Positions 8,886 through 18,904 of a stretch of 64,000 nt of DNA are shown here, piece by piece (the first letter of the stretch is position 1; each line of letters opens with the position of its first letter). The stretch comes from an uncultured Gammaproteobacteria bacterium (GTDB lineage Bacteria > Pseudomonadota > Gammaproteobacteria > UBA9214). The notes beneath the pieces were generated by a model that worked only from the letters and a program-made list of their open reading frames with translations, ran no database searches and was not told where the DNA came from. Position numbers and translations under genes: made by a program. Location: positions 150,812-214,811 of the forward strand of contig CAWGNW010000015.1 in assembly GCA_963824045.1 (NCBI GenBank), in the 5' to 3' direction.

Positions 8886-9270
8886 CTACTGTCCCGGATA
8901 GTCGGCACCCCCCCTTGCGAGCGGGCCGGACAGGTAGATCGACTGAAATGTCACCCCGGCTCGTTTCGCTGCGGCCTCCAGTTGCACTACCCGTTCCCGG
9001 CTTGCCGGTCCACCGGGTAACAGGTCAGGATGTGCCCCGGGACGCTGGCTGGCCTGGAGCGCATGGTCGAGAGCCGCTTGCGCCGCTCCCCTGCTAATGA
9101 CCACGGCAACGCGCCTGGGGGGGCACAGCAGCGTTGACAGTCTCCGGCGCACCAGCCTGACCGGGCAGTCCGGTTTGCCGCGACTTCTCGTCCACCAGGA
9201 GGTAATCACCGGCATCCTGAATGGCAAGGCCGTCCAGCATCCGCTTCAGATCGTCGGTCAGCTTTTTCAT
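8886..9270 (-). pseudogene. small conserved-looking gene interrupted by a frameshift in a C7/G7 homopolymer
   Basis: The reading frame MKKLTDDLKRMLDGLAIQDAGDYLLVDEKSR...VNAAVPP stops at 9094. Removing one G from the run at 9117-9123 joins it to ...RRVAVVISRGAAQAALDHALQ...VVQLEAAAKRAGVTFQSIYLSGP..., giving 127 aa. Confidence 0.35.
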
Positions 9271-9595
9271 CGGGCTACTCGCTCTGCAATACCGCAGGCC
9301 TGGTGCAGGGCAAGCCCCATGCCAAATCATTAACTCGTAACTTATTGAATATTAATACCGTATTATCAACCACTCGTTTATCGGGCGTTTCATATTGTAA
9401 CAAGCAACACGTATGGCTCAATCGGTACAATAGTATATAGTGATTTGAGCACCTCATCAGCGAGCGTTACAAGGTGCAACACAGGTTTGCAGATTGAAAC
9501 ACGCTCTCCCGTCCCTGCCCTGCGCAGCCATCTCGAGGTCGACCTGCGGGAACCGGGACAGCAGTTTTCCACTCTCGTGGCTGACCAGGGGAGAA

Positions 9596-9643
9596 AACGG
9601 AAAGCCATGGAAAATCACGAATAATGCCCGTGGATTCCGTGGC
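9596..9643. repeat. REP-B hairpin copy (ACGGAAAGCCATGGAAAA ... CCCGTGGATTCCGTGG)
   Basis: Same motif family as 52352-52417. Lies just downstream of the STAS gene's 3' end. Confidence 0.55.
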
Positions 9644-9754
9644 ATTAACCATGATCAGGCTTCAGGCAAGTGCCATTCGGGACAGGATGGTTACACCCTT
9701 CAATATGACGGGCGCACCCGGGTGCGGCAACTTTCCATGCGGAGGCCCCCGGGA

Positions 9755-10252
9755 TTAATGCCTCGCACTGTTTTTCTCCAGCGAAGCAACCACGTCCCGG
9801 AACAATCCCTTGTTGTGTTCACTGAGGTCCATCAGGGCGTAGTGTGCATCAATCAGGGTACGCGCCATCCTCTCCCTGTCGGTATTCTCATGCGGGATCT
9901 TCTGTCCCGCGCCCGCCTCCAGACGGCTTTCCCCGACAATATCGAACACCTCATCGAGGGCCATACTGGTCAGTACCGAGTTGATATCGGGACGGTTCGA
10001 CACGATGGTGATTCGCCGGTCATTCAGTGCCTGCATCCGCTGCGCGATACGCACCAGCAGGCCGAGATTGGTGCTGTCGATGCTGTCTGTTTCCGTCAGG
10101 TCGATGATAAAACCCGCAGGTTCCGGTCCGGCAAATACACCGTCCAGGTAGCGCACAATGGAGGGACTCAGGGTGTAGCGGATGTCCCCGATGAAACGCA
10201 GCACATGAATGTCATCCTGGCTGGCATGCAGGACTCTGCCGTCATCCGCCAT
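9755..10252 (-). CDS. STAS-domain protein (anti-sigma-factor-antagonist-like) with C-terminal extension
   Basis: The pattern HVLRFIGDIRYT...GFIIDLTETDSIDSTNLGLLVRIAQ...RRITIVSNRPDINSVLTSMALDEVFDI follows SpoIIAA/RsbV, including the DS(I)DS serine position. About 55 extra C-terminal residues. Overlaps the upstream PP2C gene by 11 nt. Confidence 0.85.
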   Translation of the reverse strand: MADDGRVLHASQDDIHVLRFIGDIRYTLSPSIVRYLDGVFAGPEPAGFIIDLTETDSIDSTNLGLLVRIAQRMQALNDRRITIVSNRPDINSVLTSMALDEVFDIVGESRLEAGAGQKIPHENTDRERMARTLIDAHYALMDLSEHNKGLFRDVVASLEKNSARH

Positions 10253-11426
10253 TGTAACCCCTGCTAATCATCAGGAAGGCGATGTCATCGGGCAGATGTC
10301 TGTCTGCCAGGACATCCAGTCCGACCGTCATGGTATCCAGATCCCCGCCCTGCAATCCGGACAGCAGGGCGCCGTATCTTGTCAGCATCGCGTCTTCGGG
10401 CATCAGTTCGAGAATCCCGTCCGACACCAGCACCAGGATGCAATTCTCCGGCAGATCGCACTGCCAGACACCGAACTCCGCATCGGCAAACAGCCCGACC
10501 GGTCGACCCCGGCACTCGAGCGTCCCGGCTGCATGTCCGTCGTACAGCATCGGGTAGGGAAATTGTCCGCCGTTACTGTAGCGCATCGTGTGCTGCTCCA
10601 GGTCTATGACGCCGTAGAACAGGGTCAGATGCTTGTCCAGATTCTGGCGGCACATATCCCGGTTGAGGCGCGCCAGTATCTGCTGCGGATGCAGAATGCC
10701 ATCATCATGTGACTGCCACAAGGCATCACGGTACTGGATCATCAGGGTATTGAGCATCACGGTCACGAATGCCGACGCCGCACCATGGCCTGACACATCC
10801 GCCATGTAGAAACCGACATGCCGTTCATCGATGGGGAAGTAGTCGACGAAGTCTCCGCTCAGGTACATGGATGGATACAGGCGCCGCCGGAAGGTGTAAC
10901 TGCCGAAGCTGCGGTTGTCCAGGGGCAGCAGCTGAAGCTGGATATTGCGCCCCGCCTCTTCATCTTCCTGCAGCCGGTTCAGCGTTCGGGTCAGTTCCCG
11001 GTTCAGTGTCTCCAGGTGTTCGCGATATTCCCGGTTCTGGCGCAGCAGTTCCGCATGCTCGAGTACCTTGCGCACGGCGCTCTCCAGCATCCCCATGTCG
11101 TGGATGGGTTTGGTGACATAGTCCCAGGCGCCACGCTTGAGCGCCTGTACGGCGTCACTGAGCAGGCCGACGCCGGAAACGATAATCACCGGTGTCTCCG
11201 GCGACTCTGTCGTAATGGCGGAGAGAACATCCAGGCCATCCATACCCGGCAGACGCAGATCGCACAATACGACATCCGGATGTTCCTGCCGGAACACCCC
11301 CAGGCCGGCGGGGCCGTCACTGGCCTCCAGCATGGTAAATCCGCTGTCCTGAAGAAAGGCAACGATTCCGTCACGGACCAGTGGATCATCCTCGATGGTG
11401 AGGATTGTAGCCGGGACGCTCGTCAT
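10242..11426 (-). CDS. response regulator with PP2C/SpoIIE-type serine phosphatase output (RsbU-like)
   Basis: The N-terminal receiver (ILTIEDDPLVRD...VVLCDLRLPGMDG...IIVSG...KP) is followed by a coiled coil and a SpoIIE domain (SGDFVDYF...FYMADVSGHGAASAF...LVSDGILE). ATGA overlap with the upstream gene. Confidence 0.92.
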   Translation of the reverse strand: MTSVPATILTIEDDPLVRDGIVAFLQDSGFTMLEASDGPAGLGVFRQEHPDVVLCDLRLPGMDGLDVLSAITTESPETPVIIVSGVGLLSDAVQALKRGAWDYVTKPIHDMGMLESAVRKVLEHAELLRQNREYREHLETLNRELTRTLNRLQEDEEAGRNIQLQLLPLDNRSFGSYTFRRRLYPSMYLSGDFVDYFPIDERHVGFYMADVSGHGAASAFVTVMLNTLMIQYRDALWQSHDDGILHPQQILARLNRDMCRQNLDKHLTLFYGVIDLEQHTMRYSNGGQFPYPMLYDGHAAGTLECRGRPVGLFADAEFGVWQCDLPENCILVLVSDGILELMPEDAMLTRYGALLSGLQGGDLDTMTVGLDVLADRHLPDDIAFLMISRGYNGG

Positions 11427-11809
11427 TTTGTTCCCTGCGCCAGCGCCAGTGCTGCTACCGTTTCCGCCAGCGGCTGCATGTCCAGCAGCGGCTTGGCGAA
11501 GAATCGCCTTTCATCAATCCCGATTGCGCGCAGGTCATCCGGGATGCTGTAGTCCGCCGACCCCGTATGAATGATGAACTCGAGGTTCGGGGAAATCTCG
11601 TGCAGGCTGCGAATCGTTGTGTCGCCATTCATGCCAGGCAGCCGCATGTCCATGATACAGACATCATAGCCGGTATTTCTGCGCGCAAGATCGATCGCTT
11701 CTTCCCCGGAACCTGCGCAGTCGACCTGCATGCCTTCATCTTCCAGAAAGATCTGTAAACCGGCGAGGATTACCGGTTCGTCATCCACGACAAGCACCCG
11801 TGGATTCAT
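11423..11809 (-). CDS. single-domain CheY-like response regulator
   Basis: MNPRVLVVDDEPVILAGLQIFLEDEGMQVD...DVCIMDMRLPGMNG...IIHTGS...FAKP. ATG at 11809 overlaps the kinase stop (ATGA). The track ORF extends to 11839. Confidence 0.9.
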   Translation of the reverse strand: MNPRVLVVDDEPVILAGLQIFLEDEGMQVDCAGSGEEAIDLARRNTGYDVCIMDMRLPGMNGDTTIRSLHEISPNLEFIIHTGSADYSIPDDLRAIGIDERRFFAKPLLDMQPLAETVAALALAQGTK

Positions 11810-14800
11810 GGGGATAATTTCCCTTCGAGAGGCAGGCAAATGGTAAAACAGGTACCCGCCCCCGGGCTTGATACGACGTCCATCCTGCCCTTGTGCTGCT
11901 CGGTAACGATGAAATAGGACACGGAGAGGCCAAGCCCGGTACCCACTCCCACCGCCTTGGTGGTGAAGAAGGGTTCGAATACCCGGCGTTGCGTCTGCTC
12001 ATCCATGCCGGGGCCGTTGTCCTGAACCTCGATGCATCCGCTTTCATGCTTCCTGCGTGTACGCAGGATAATGCGGTGCGGGCGGGGGGTGCCGCCTTCG
12101 GCCATGGCCTGGGCGGCGTTCTTTACCAGATTCAGCAACACTTGTTCAATTTCCGTATGGTCGCAAACCAGGGTATCAAGTGCAGGGTCATAATCGCGTA
12201 CGATCTCGATCTGCTTGAAATCATACTTTTTCTTCAGGTCATAGTCGCTGGCGGCGAGGCGCACCACGGTATCCAGCATCTCCTCGACACGCGCCGGTTG
12301 AAACTCGCTGCCGGTGCTGCGGCTGTAGGCCAGCATGTCGGCAACGATATGGCTTGCGCGGCTGGCAGACTGCTTGATGGCGTCCAGGAAATCAAGGATG
12401 CCACGCTCGCGCAAATAACGGTTTACCAGCTCCAGGTCTATACCCAGTTCCGCGGCGGTATGAAGATTGGGCTCCAGGTCGGACGAGATACGGCGCAGGA
12501 TGTTCTGGCAGCTTTGCAGCACGCCGCTCAATGGATTGTTTATCTCGTGCGCCATCCCGGCGGCAAGCCCGCCTATGGACAACATTTTCTCGGTCTGCAC
12601 CATCATTTGCTCAATGCGCACCCGGCTGGTGATGTCATCAACCCGGATAACCGCACCGACAGAACCGTTTGCCAGTAACGGATAGACCATGAGGTCGGAG
12701 TAGCGTTGCTCCCCTTCCTTCTCCATTATCAGGCGCTCCCTGCGCATCGGGGTATGGTTGCGGATTGCCTCCTGCATATACTCGAACTGGGATTCAAGTT
12801 CGGGGAACAGCTCGCGGAACGGCTGACCGATTGCCCTGTCGGTCGGCACGCCGGTAGCTTTCTCGGCGCTCTGGTTCCATTCGGTAACCCTGCCGTCACT
12901 GTCCACCCCGACCAGTACCGATGGCATGGAATCGATCATGTTCTTGAGGTAGGTGCGCATGCGCTGCAATTCCCGGTCTATGCGCAGCCTTTCGGAGATA
13001 TCGACGATGGCGCTCAAAATAAGCTGTTCCTGGCCTGTCTCGACCGGACTGAGACCGACCTCGACGGGAAATTCACTGCCATCCTTGCGCCGACCGAACA
13101 GATTGCGACCCAGCCCCATGGGACGGGGATGACTTTCGGCCTTGAAGCCCTGTACATATTCCGGGTGGCGCTCTCTCATGCGCTCGGGAATGAGCAGCTC
13201 GACCGGCTTGCCCAGTAACTCGTCCCGCCGGTAGCCGAAATATTTTTCAGTCTGCGAATTGACAAGCACGATTCGGCCCTCCGCGTTCACCATGACAATG
13301 GCATTCGGTGCCGATTCCACAACCAGCTGGAAGATCTTTTCGGTGCGTATCCGCTGGGTAATATCCTCGACTTCCCCCACCAGCATCAAAGGCATTCCAT
13401 CCGCGTCCCGCACCAGACCGGCACGGACCCTGCCGATAATGGTGGCCCCGTCTCGCCGGATATAGCGTTTCTCCAGTTCGTAGCTGTCGACGTCGCCTTT
13501 CACCAGGGCCTCCAGACTTTTCCTGGTTTCCTCCCGGTCTTCGGGGTAAGTGATTTCCTCAATGGAGAGCCGGGTGAGTTCCTCGGCCGTATAGCCGAGA
13601 ATATTGCAGAAGGCCGGATTCACCCTGATCAGGCGGCCATCCAGACCGGAAGTCACAATGCCGATAGGTGCATTTTCCAGTGTCAGGCGCAATTCCTCCT
13701 CGCTCTGTCTCAGCATTTCCTGGGCCTGCTGATGTTCCGTGATGTCCTCGCCGGAACTCAGTGTCGCGTTAATGTTGCCCGCGTCGTCATATAGGACGGT
13801 GTTGTGCCACGCGATCAGCCGTTCCTCACCACCGAGGGTTATGACCCGGTTCTGATCGTATTCGAGGATGTCTCCCTGCCCTGTCATCAGCCTGGTGAAT
13901 GCTTCCCGGAGGTCCTCCCTGCTGTCGGCAGGCAGGAAACTGTCAAACCAGTTCCTGCCGACGATGTCCGGTTCTATCCCGCCAAGCAGCTCACAGCCTT
14001 TTCTGTTGATCATGCTGACCCGCTGGTCGGAACCGATAACCAGCATAATGACGCCGGCCACATCCAGATAGCGTTGTGCCCTGTTTCTTTCCTGTGTGAG
14101 CTCCAGTTCAGACTGCTGCCGGTAGATCTCGCTGCCGACCCATTGTCCCATCAGCCGGAGAATTTCCACGTCAGTCGCCGTAAAACGGCTCTTGCGCGGG
14201 GTGGGACTGGAAAAATTGAGTGTTCCGTAAACCTTGTCGCCCGCCTTTACGGGTATCCCCAGATAGGTTTCCAGATTGAACATATGGTAGCAGGGGTGGT
14301 TTTTCCAGTTCGTGTTTGCCGCATGCTCGAAGCCGATTACCCCGTCGGCCTTCAGCGTTTCCCGGCAATAGGTGTTGCCGAGTTCGAATACAGTTCCCGG
14401 GGCGATGGAATTGTCCGGCGAGACCACCTGGACAACCTCGTAGTTGTCACCGGTAACATGCGAGAGTATCCCCAGTGACAGCTTGAGCTGCTGGCAGCCG
14501 CTTTCAAGCAGCGCCTTGACCTTTTCGTCAAACGGCATGCCGTGTGCCGAGGTGATTTCATGCAGGGCACGCAGTGCGCGCTCCGTTTGCCGGCGTTCGG
14601 CCACTTCACGTCGAAGTTCCCTGCCCACCCGCTGGCGTTCCGCTATCTCGGATTCCAGCTGGGAATTGATGTCAGTCAATTGCCGGGTGCGGCCGGCGAC
14701 GCGTTTTTCCAGTTGGTCACGGGAGTCGCGCACAGCCCGCTCGGCGCGGCTGCGCCGCCGGTCCACCCGCATGATGAGCAGCGCCATAAAGCCACTGACC

Positions 14801-15600
14801 AGCAGAAAAACCAGAAAGATCGACACTGCCTGTCTGTGCAACAGGTTTTTATGCGCGCCAAAAAGATCGGCGGCCGGCAGGTCGGCAAGTTTCCAGAGCG
14901 TGCCATTAACATCGGTAGAGAAACCGATGCGTGCCATCTCCTCCGCATCCAGGTTGATGTCGCGCTTCAGGTCAGAACGCGCCCCGTCGGCAGTTATTTC
15001 AATCAATCCGGGCTTGGCCCTGTGCAGCAGAATGAGTTCGTGGTCGTGCAGCTGGCTGTTGGCGAGGATGCGCGCCAGGACATCCGGATTCAGGCTGACA
15101 AAGAAAATCCCGCGTCCTTCTGCTGCGGCCTGCCAATAGGACATGATGTCAAAGTGATACCCGATCGGGTTCGGATGAATGAATACATTTTGAGCTTCCC
15201 CGGCGGCAAACCGATGGATGTCGCTCTGGCAGAGGCCGGCCACCTTGCCCTCGAAATCATCCAGCAGGACCTCGCCCAGATCGTCGGTAATGGTATAGGC
15301 GAAGAAGTCGGGGAAATGCCGTTTAACCTTGGTTGCGAACTGCTCCCGCATTGCATCATCAGCCGGAGTCGTGGACAGATTGCTGATGACCCCCCCTTCC
15401 TCTTCAGCAAACAGGTCAACTCGCTGGCGTACTTCCTTGATATAGAGCTCGATTTCCCTTGCCGCGCCCCGGGTAGACTGCTGCATCAGGTCCTGCTGAC
15501 TGCTCAGGTAGCTTTCGTAACCCCGGTCGACATACCAGTAAAGGTAATAGCCGATCAGCATCAGCGTAATAACGATCAGAATTGATGTGTAATTCTTCAC
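11806..15600 (-). CDS. multi-sensor histidine kinase (TM - extracytoplasmic sensor - TM - coiled coil - GAF - 4 x PAS - HisKA - HATPase_c)
   Basis: 1264 aa starting at GTG. Two TM helices flank a ~230-aa sensor domain. The H-box is AAGMAHEINNPLSG, and the ATPase N/G boxes are NLVKNAAQAM ... QDNGPGM ... GTGLGLSVS. No receiver domain. Confidence 0.92.
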   Translation of the reverse strand: MKNYTSILIVITLMLIGYYLYWYVDRGYESYLSSQQDLMQQSTRGAAREIELYIKEVRQRVDLFAEEEGGVISNLSTTPADDAMREQFATKVKRHFPDFFAYTITDDLGEVLLDDFEGKVAGLCQSDIHRFAAGEAQNVFIHPNPIGYHFDIMSYWQAAAEGRGIFFVSLNPDVLARILANSQLHDHELILLHRAKPGLIEITADGARSDLKRDINLDAEEMARIGFSTDVNGTLWKLADLPAADLFGAHKNLLHRQAVSIFLVFLLVSGFMALLIMRVDRRRSRAERAVRDSRDQLEKRVAGRTRQLTDINSQLESEIAERQRVGRELRREVAERRQTERALRALHEITSAHGMPFDEKVKALLESGCQQLKLSLGILSHVTGDNYEVVQVVSPDNSIAPGTVFELGNTYCRETLKADGVIGFEHAANTNWKNHPCYHMFNLETYLGIPVKAGDKVYGTLNFSSPTPRKSRFTATDVEILRLMGQWVGSEIYRQQSELELTQERNRAQRYLDVAGVIMLVIGSDQRVSMINRKGCELLGGIEPDIVGRNWFDSFLPADSREDLREAFTRLMTGQGDILEYDQNRVITLGGEERLIAWHNTVLYDDAGNINATLSSGEDITEHQQAQEMLRQSEEELRLTLENAPIGIVTSGLDGRLIRVNPAFCNILGYTAEELTRLSIEEITYPEDREETRKSLEALVKGDVDSYELEKRYIRRDGATIIGRVRAGLVRDADGMPLMLVGEVEDITQRIRTEKIFQLVVESAPNAIVMVNAEGRIVLVNSQTEKYFGYRRDELLGKPVELLIPERMRERHPEYVQGFKAESHPRPMGLGRNLFGRRKDGSEFPVEVGLSPVETGQEQLILSAIVDISERLRIDRELQRMRTYLKNMIDSMPSVLVGVDSDGRVTEWNQSAEKATGVPTDRAIGQPFRELFPELESQFEYMQEAIRNHTPMRRERLIMEKEGEQRYSDLMVYPLLANGSVGAVIRVDDITSRVRIEQMMVQTEKMLSIGGLAAGMAHEINNPLSGVLQSCQNILRRISSDLEPNLHTAAELGIDLELVNRYLRERGILDFLDAIKQSASRASHIVADMLAYSRSTGSEFQPARVEEMLDTVVRLAASDYDLKKKYDFKQIEIVRDYDPALDTLVCDHTEIEQVLLNLVKNAAQAMAEGGTPRPHRIILRTRRKHESGCIEVQDNGPGMDEQTQRRVFEPFFTTKAVGVGTGLGLSVSYFIVTEQHKGRMDVVSSPGAGTCFTICLPLEGKLSP

Positions 15601-15843
15601 CGGACAATCGCTTCACCACGAAGAAACCAGAAAAACGTTGCTGAACAGTTGTGTAACGTATTATTGATTATAGCGATTTTCCGGGACGTCTGGCATGAAT
15701 GAAGCGTATCTGTTGCAGCGCATGCATACACGATTCGACAAGGGCTGCTCCGGTCATGTGGAAATGTATTTCTCCGGCATGCACGCCATATTTATGGCGT
15801 GGTGTGTGCCTGTCCTGATCGCCACCGCTGCGGTCGCGCTGGC

Positions 15844-15862
15844 AAAAAAAAACAGATCTGTT
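15844..15862 (-). terminator. possible weak intrinsic terminator of uup
   Basis: On the minus strand the uup stop is followed by the short palindrome AACAGATCTGTT and a T9 run (the A9 run on the plus strand at 15844-15852). Confidence 0.4.
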
Positions 15863-15869
15863 CCCCTTT

Positions 15870-17795
15870 TCAGTCGAGGGCAGATTCCAGGGCTTCCCAG
15901 CGCGCATAGCAATCTTCCAGTTCGGTGGCAATCGCCTCCAGCCGCGCCAGTGCCACGGCGACTTCATCCGCGGGGCGCCGGTAGAAACCGGCATCCGCGG
16001 TCTGCTGCTGCAAGCCGGCCTGTTCTTTCTCCAGCACCTCGATGCGTTGCGGCAGGGACGCCAGTTCACGCTGCTCCCTGTAAGACAGCTTGCGCGCTTT
16101 CCCGGCCGGTTTTACCTGCGCGGGTGGCAGCTTGTCACCGGCTTCCCGCCGCAAGGACGGCGAGACCGCGGACTTCACCGCGCTTTCCTGCCGCTGCCGC
16201 AGCCAGTCGCTGTAGCCGCCGACATAGTCGCCGATCACGCCATCACCCTCGAACACCAGGCTGCTGGTCACGACATTGTCGAGAAAGGCGCGGTCATGAC
16301 TCACCAGCAGCAGTGTCCCCGCATAGTCGAGCAACAGCTCTTCCAGCAGTTCCAGCGTTTCCACGTCGAGGTCGTTGGTGGGTTCGTCCATCACCAGCAG
16401 GTTGGCCGGGCGTGCAAACAGGCGTGCCAGCAGCAAGCGGTTGCGCTCCCCGCCGGAAAGCGTGCTGACCGGTGACTGCAGCCGTTCCGGCGGGAACAGG
16501 AAGTCGCGCAGGTAGCCGGCAACATGCCGGTCACGGCCGTTGATCACGACCCGCGGACTGCCCTCCCCGACACTCTCCATCACCGTGGCCTGCGGGTCGA
16601 GTTGTTCCCGCTGCTGGTCAAAGTAGGCCACCTGTTGCCGTGTGCCCCGTTTCACCATGCCGCTGTCCGGCTGCAATTCGCCCAGCAGCACCTTGATCAG
16701 GGTCGACTTGCCGACGCCGTTCGGGCCGATGATGCCGACGCGGTCACCGCGCAGGACCGTCGTGGAAAAATCCCGAATGATGACCTGCTCGCCGAACTTC
16801 AGGCTGATGTGCTCGGCCTCGAACACCAGCTTGCCCGACTGTGCACCGCCGTCCAGTTGCAGGTCGGCCTTGCCGGAACGCTCGCGCCGCTGGCGGTGCT
16901 GCTCGCGCAAATCCTTTAATGCCCGTACCCGCCCCTCGTTGCGCGTGCGCCGCGCCTTGATGCCCTGGCGAATCCAGGCTTCTTCCTGGCCCAGCTTCTT
17001 GTCGAACAGCGCGTTGTGACGTGCCTCGACTTCCAGCTGCTCCGTCTTGCGGCGCAGGTAATCGTCATAATTACCGGGCCAGGAACCCAGCTGCCCCCGG
17101 TCCAGCTCGATAATGCGCGTCGCCAGGCGGCGCACGAAGGCGCGATCGTGGCTGATGAACAGCAGCGCACCGGGGTAATCCAGCATGAAATCTTCCAGCC
17201 AGGTAATGGCCTCGATGTCCAGGTGGTTGGTCGGCTCGTCCAGCAGCAGCACGTCCGGTTCCAGCACCAGGGCGCGTGCCAGCATGACCCGGCGGCGCCA
17301 GCCGCCTGACAGGGTGTGAAAACCGGCATCCCCGTCAAGCTGCAGCCGTGAAAGCACGCGCTCCACCCGCTGCTCCAGCTCCCAGCCCCCCGCCGCTTCC
17401 AGCACATGCTGCAGCTCGGCCAGCCGTTGCAGGCTTGCCATGTCGTGTGCATGCTCCAGCGCGGCGACCGCCTGGTGATAGTCGGTGATCATCTGGCCAA
17501 GCTCCGGCAACCCGCCCGCGACGACCGCGAACACGGACTGGCTGCTGTCCAGCGTGGCTTCCTGTGCCAGGTAGGCCACCCGCATGCCGGGGCGCAGCCA
17601 CAGTTCGCCGTCATCCGCGCTGATCTCCCTGCCAATAATGCGCAGCAACGATGACTTGCCTTCGCCATTGCGCCCGACCAGGCAGACCCGCTCGCCACGA
17701 CGCACCTCCAGGCTCACCCCGTCCAGCAAGGCACGATGCCCGAAGGCCAGTGACACATTGTCGAGTCGCAGTAACGGCATGAGTGAGTCCGGCAT
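15870..17795 (-). CDS. uup: ABC-F family ATPase Uup
   Basis: Collinear with my recollection of E. coli Uup. It has two ABC cassettes (GRNGEGKSS / LSGGWRRR...[11 protein letters not shown] and GPNGVGKST / LSGGERNRL...LVMDEPTNDLD) and a C-terminal coiled-coil DNA-binding tail. Start chosen by analogy (MPDSLMPLLRL); the alternatives are 17780 and 17852. Confidence 0.93.
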   Translation of the reverse strand: MPDSLMPLLRLDNVSLAFGHRALLDGVSLEVRRGERVCLVGRNGEGKSSLLRIIGREISADDGELWLRPGMRVAYLAQEATLDSSQSVFAVVAGGLPELGQMITDYHQAVAALEHAHDMASLQRLAELQHVLEAAGGWELEQRVERVLSRLQLDGDAGFHTLSGGWRRRVMLARALVLEPDVLLLDEPTNHLDIEAITWLEDFMLDYPGALLFISHDRAFVRRLATRIIELDRGQLGSWPGNYDDYLRRKTEQLEVEARHNALFDKKLGQEEAWIRQGIKARRTRNEGRVRALKDLREQHRQRRERSGKADLQLDGGAQSGKLVFEAEHISLKFGEQVIIRDFSTTVLRGDRVGIIGPNGVGKSTLIKVLLGELQPDSGMVKRGTRQQVAYFDQQREQLDPQATVMESVGEGSPRVVINGRDRHVAGYLRDFLFPPERLQSPVSTLSGGERNRLLLARLFARPANLLVMDEPTNDLDVETLELLEELLLDYAGTLLLVSHDRAFLDNVVTSSLVFEGDGVIGDYVGGYSDWLRQRQESAVKSAVSPSLRREAGDKLPPAQVKPAGKARKLSYREQRELASLPQRIEVLEKEQAGLQQQTADAGFYRRPADEVAVALARLEAIATELEDCYARWEALESALD

Positions 17796-17912
17796 GGCAC
17801 CCGGCGGCTGCGGGCGCTTGTGAATGGCGTGCATTCTACGCACGCCGCACACTGGAAGTCACACGGGAATGCACATATTATCGAAACCATCACAGCCGGA
17901 AGTCGCTAGCCC

Positions 17913-18899
17913 ATGACGATCCTGTGCTATTCACAGCGCCTGCTGAATCCCTTTCGCGGCAGCATGTGCTGCATCCAGTACCTGTCGGCCGAGGCGGTCA
18001 CCGCCGACGGCATCAAGTGGGATATCTATGTCAGCAACGCGGGGCTGCTCTCCGGCCTGCCGGGCAACCGCCGCACGCAGGTCAGCGATATTCGCTACGG
18101 CAGCTGGTCGGCGCAAACCGGCCTGAAGCGCGGCCCGCTCTATCCTTCAGACGACTTCCGCGCCATGGAGGACATGGGCAGGGTGGTCTACGAGCACCTG
18201 CTCGAGGTACATGACAGACTGCCCTTCCCCTTTCTGGACAGTTTCGAGCTCTGGCTGCTGGACCGGCAGGGCCGACCGCTGGCGCTGCTGGACAGTGCGC
18301 TCACGGCTGAGGACATCGACATGCGGCAGGCCGGCGCATGGAATCCCGGGCTGAACTGCCGCAAGACCTTCATGAGTCCCGCTGTCAGGGTACTGGGCGT
18401 CGATCCTGCCGCCGCGGGCGCCAGCGGCGATTACCTGGCCGGCTATATCAATGCCCGCGCGGGAGAATCACCCGCGTCACAGGTCTTCGCGCGCAGCGAC
18501 GACGGCAGCGGCACGGGACTGCATGGCAGCAATCTGGACAGCGCATACAGCAACCGCGTCCTGCCCCCGGTGGCGTTCCCGGGAACCCTGCTGGATACCC
18601 GTAATCATGACGCGGTGCATCAGGAACTGATCAACGACTTTATCGCCTGGCAGACACCCTGGTTGCTGCTGCTGCCGACACTCGACACGGAAACGCGCCG
18701 CCGCTATGAACGGCAGGCACGCAGCCAGCCTGTAAAACTGGTACAGCACTACCGCCTCTACCCGGACATCGCCGACAGCACAGTGGTCGACGCGGCGCGC
18801 GTCGAGGTGCGCCTGCGCGAGACAGTACCGGAACCCGAAAGCGGGGAGCAGGTCCTGTCACCATTCTACGTAGAGCTGAACCCGGAAGTTGCAGATTAG
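17913..18899 (+). CDS. hypothetical protein (328 aa)
   Basis: Long ORF with high third-position GC, divergent from uup. I recognise no motif. Followed 12 nt later by a strong hairpin. Confidence 0.6.
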   Translation: MTILCYSQRLLNPFRGSMCCIQYLSAEAVTADGIKWDIYVSNAGLLSGLPGNRRTQVSDIRYGSWSAQTGLKRGPLYPSDDFRAMEDMGRVVYEHLLEVHDRLPFPFLDSFELWLLDRQGRPLALLDSALTAEDIDMRQAGAWNPGLNCRKTFMSPAVRVLGVDPAAAGASGDYLAGYINARAGESPASQVFARSDDGSGTGLHGSNLDSAYSNRVLPPVAFPGTLLDTRNHDAVHQELINDFIAWQTPWLLLLPTLDTETRRRYERQARSQPVKLVQHYRLYPDIADSTVVDAARVEVRLRETVPEPESGEQVLSPFYVELNPEVAD

Positions 18900-18904
18900 C
18901 TACG

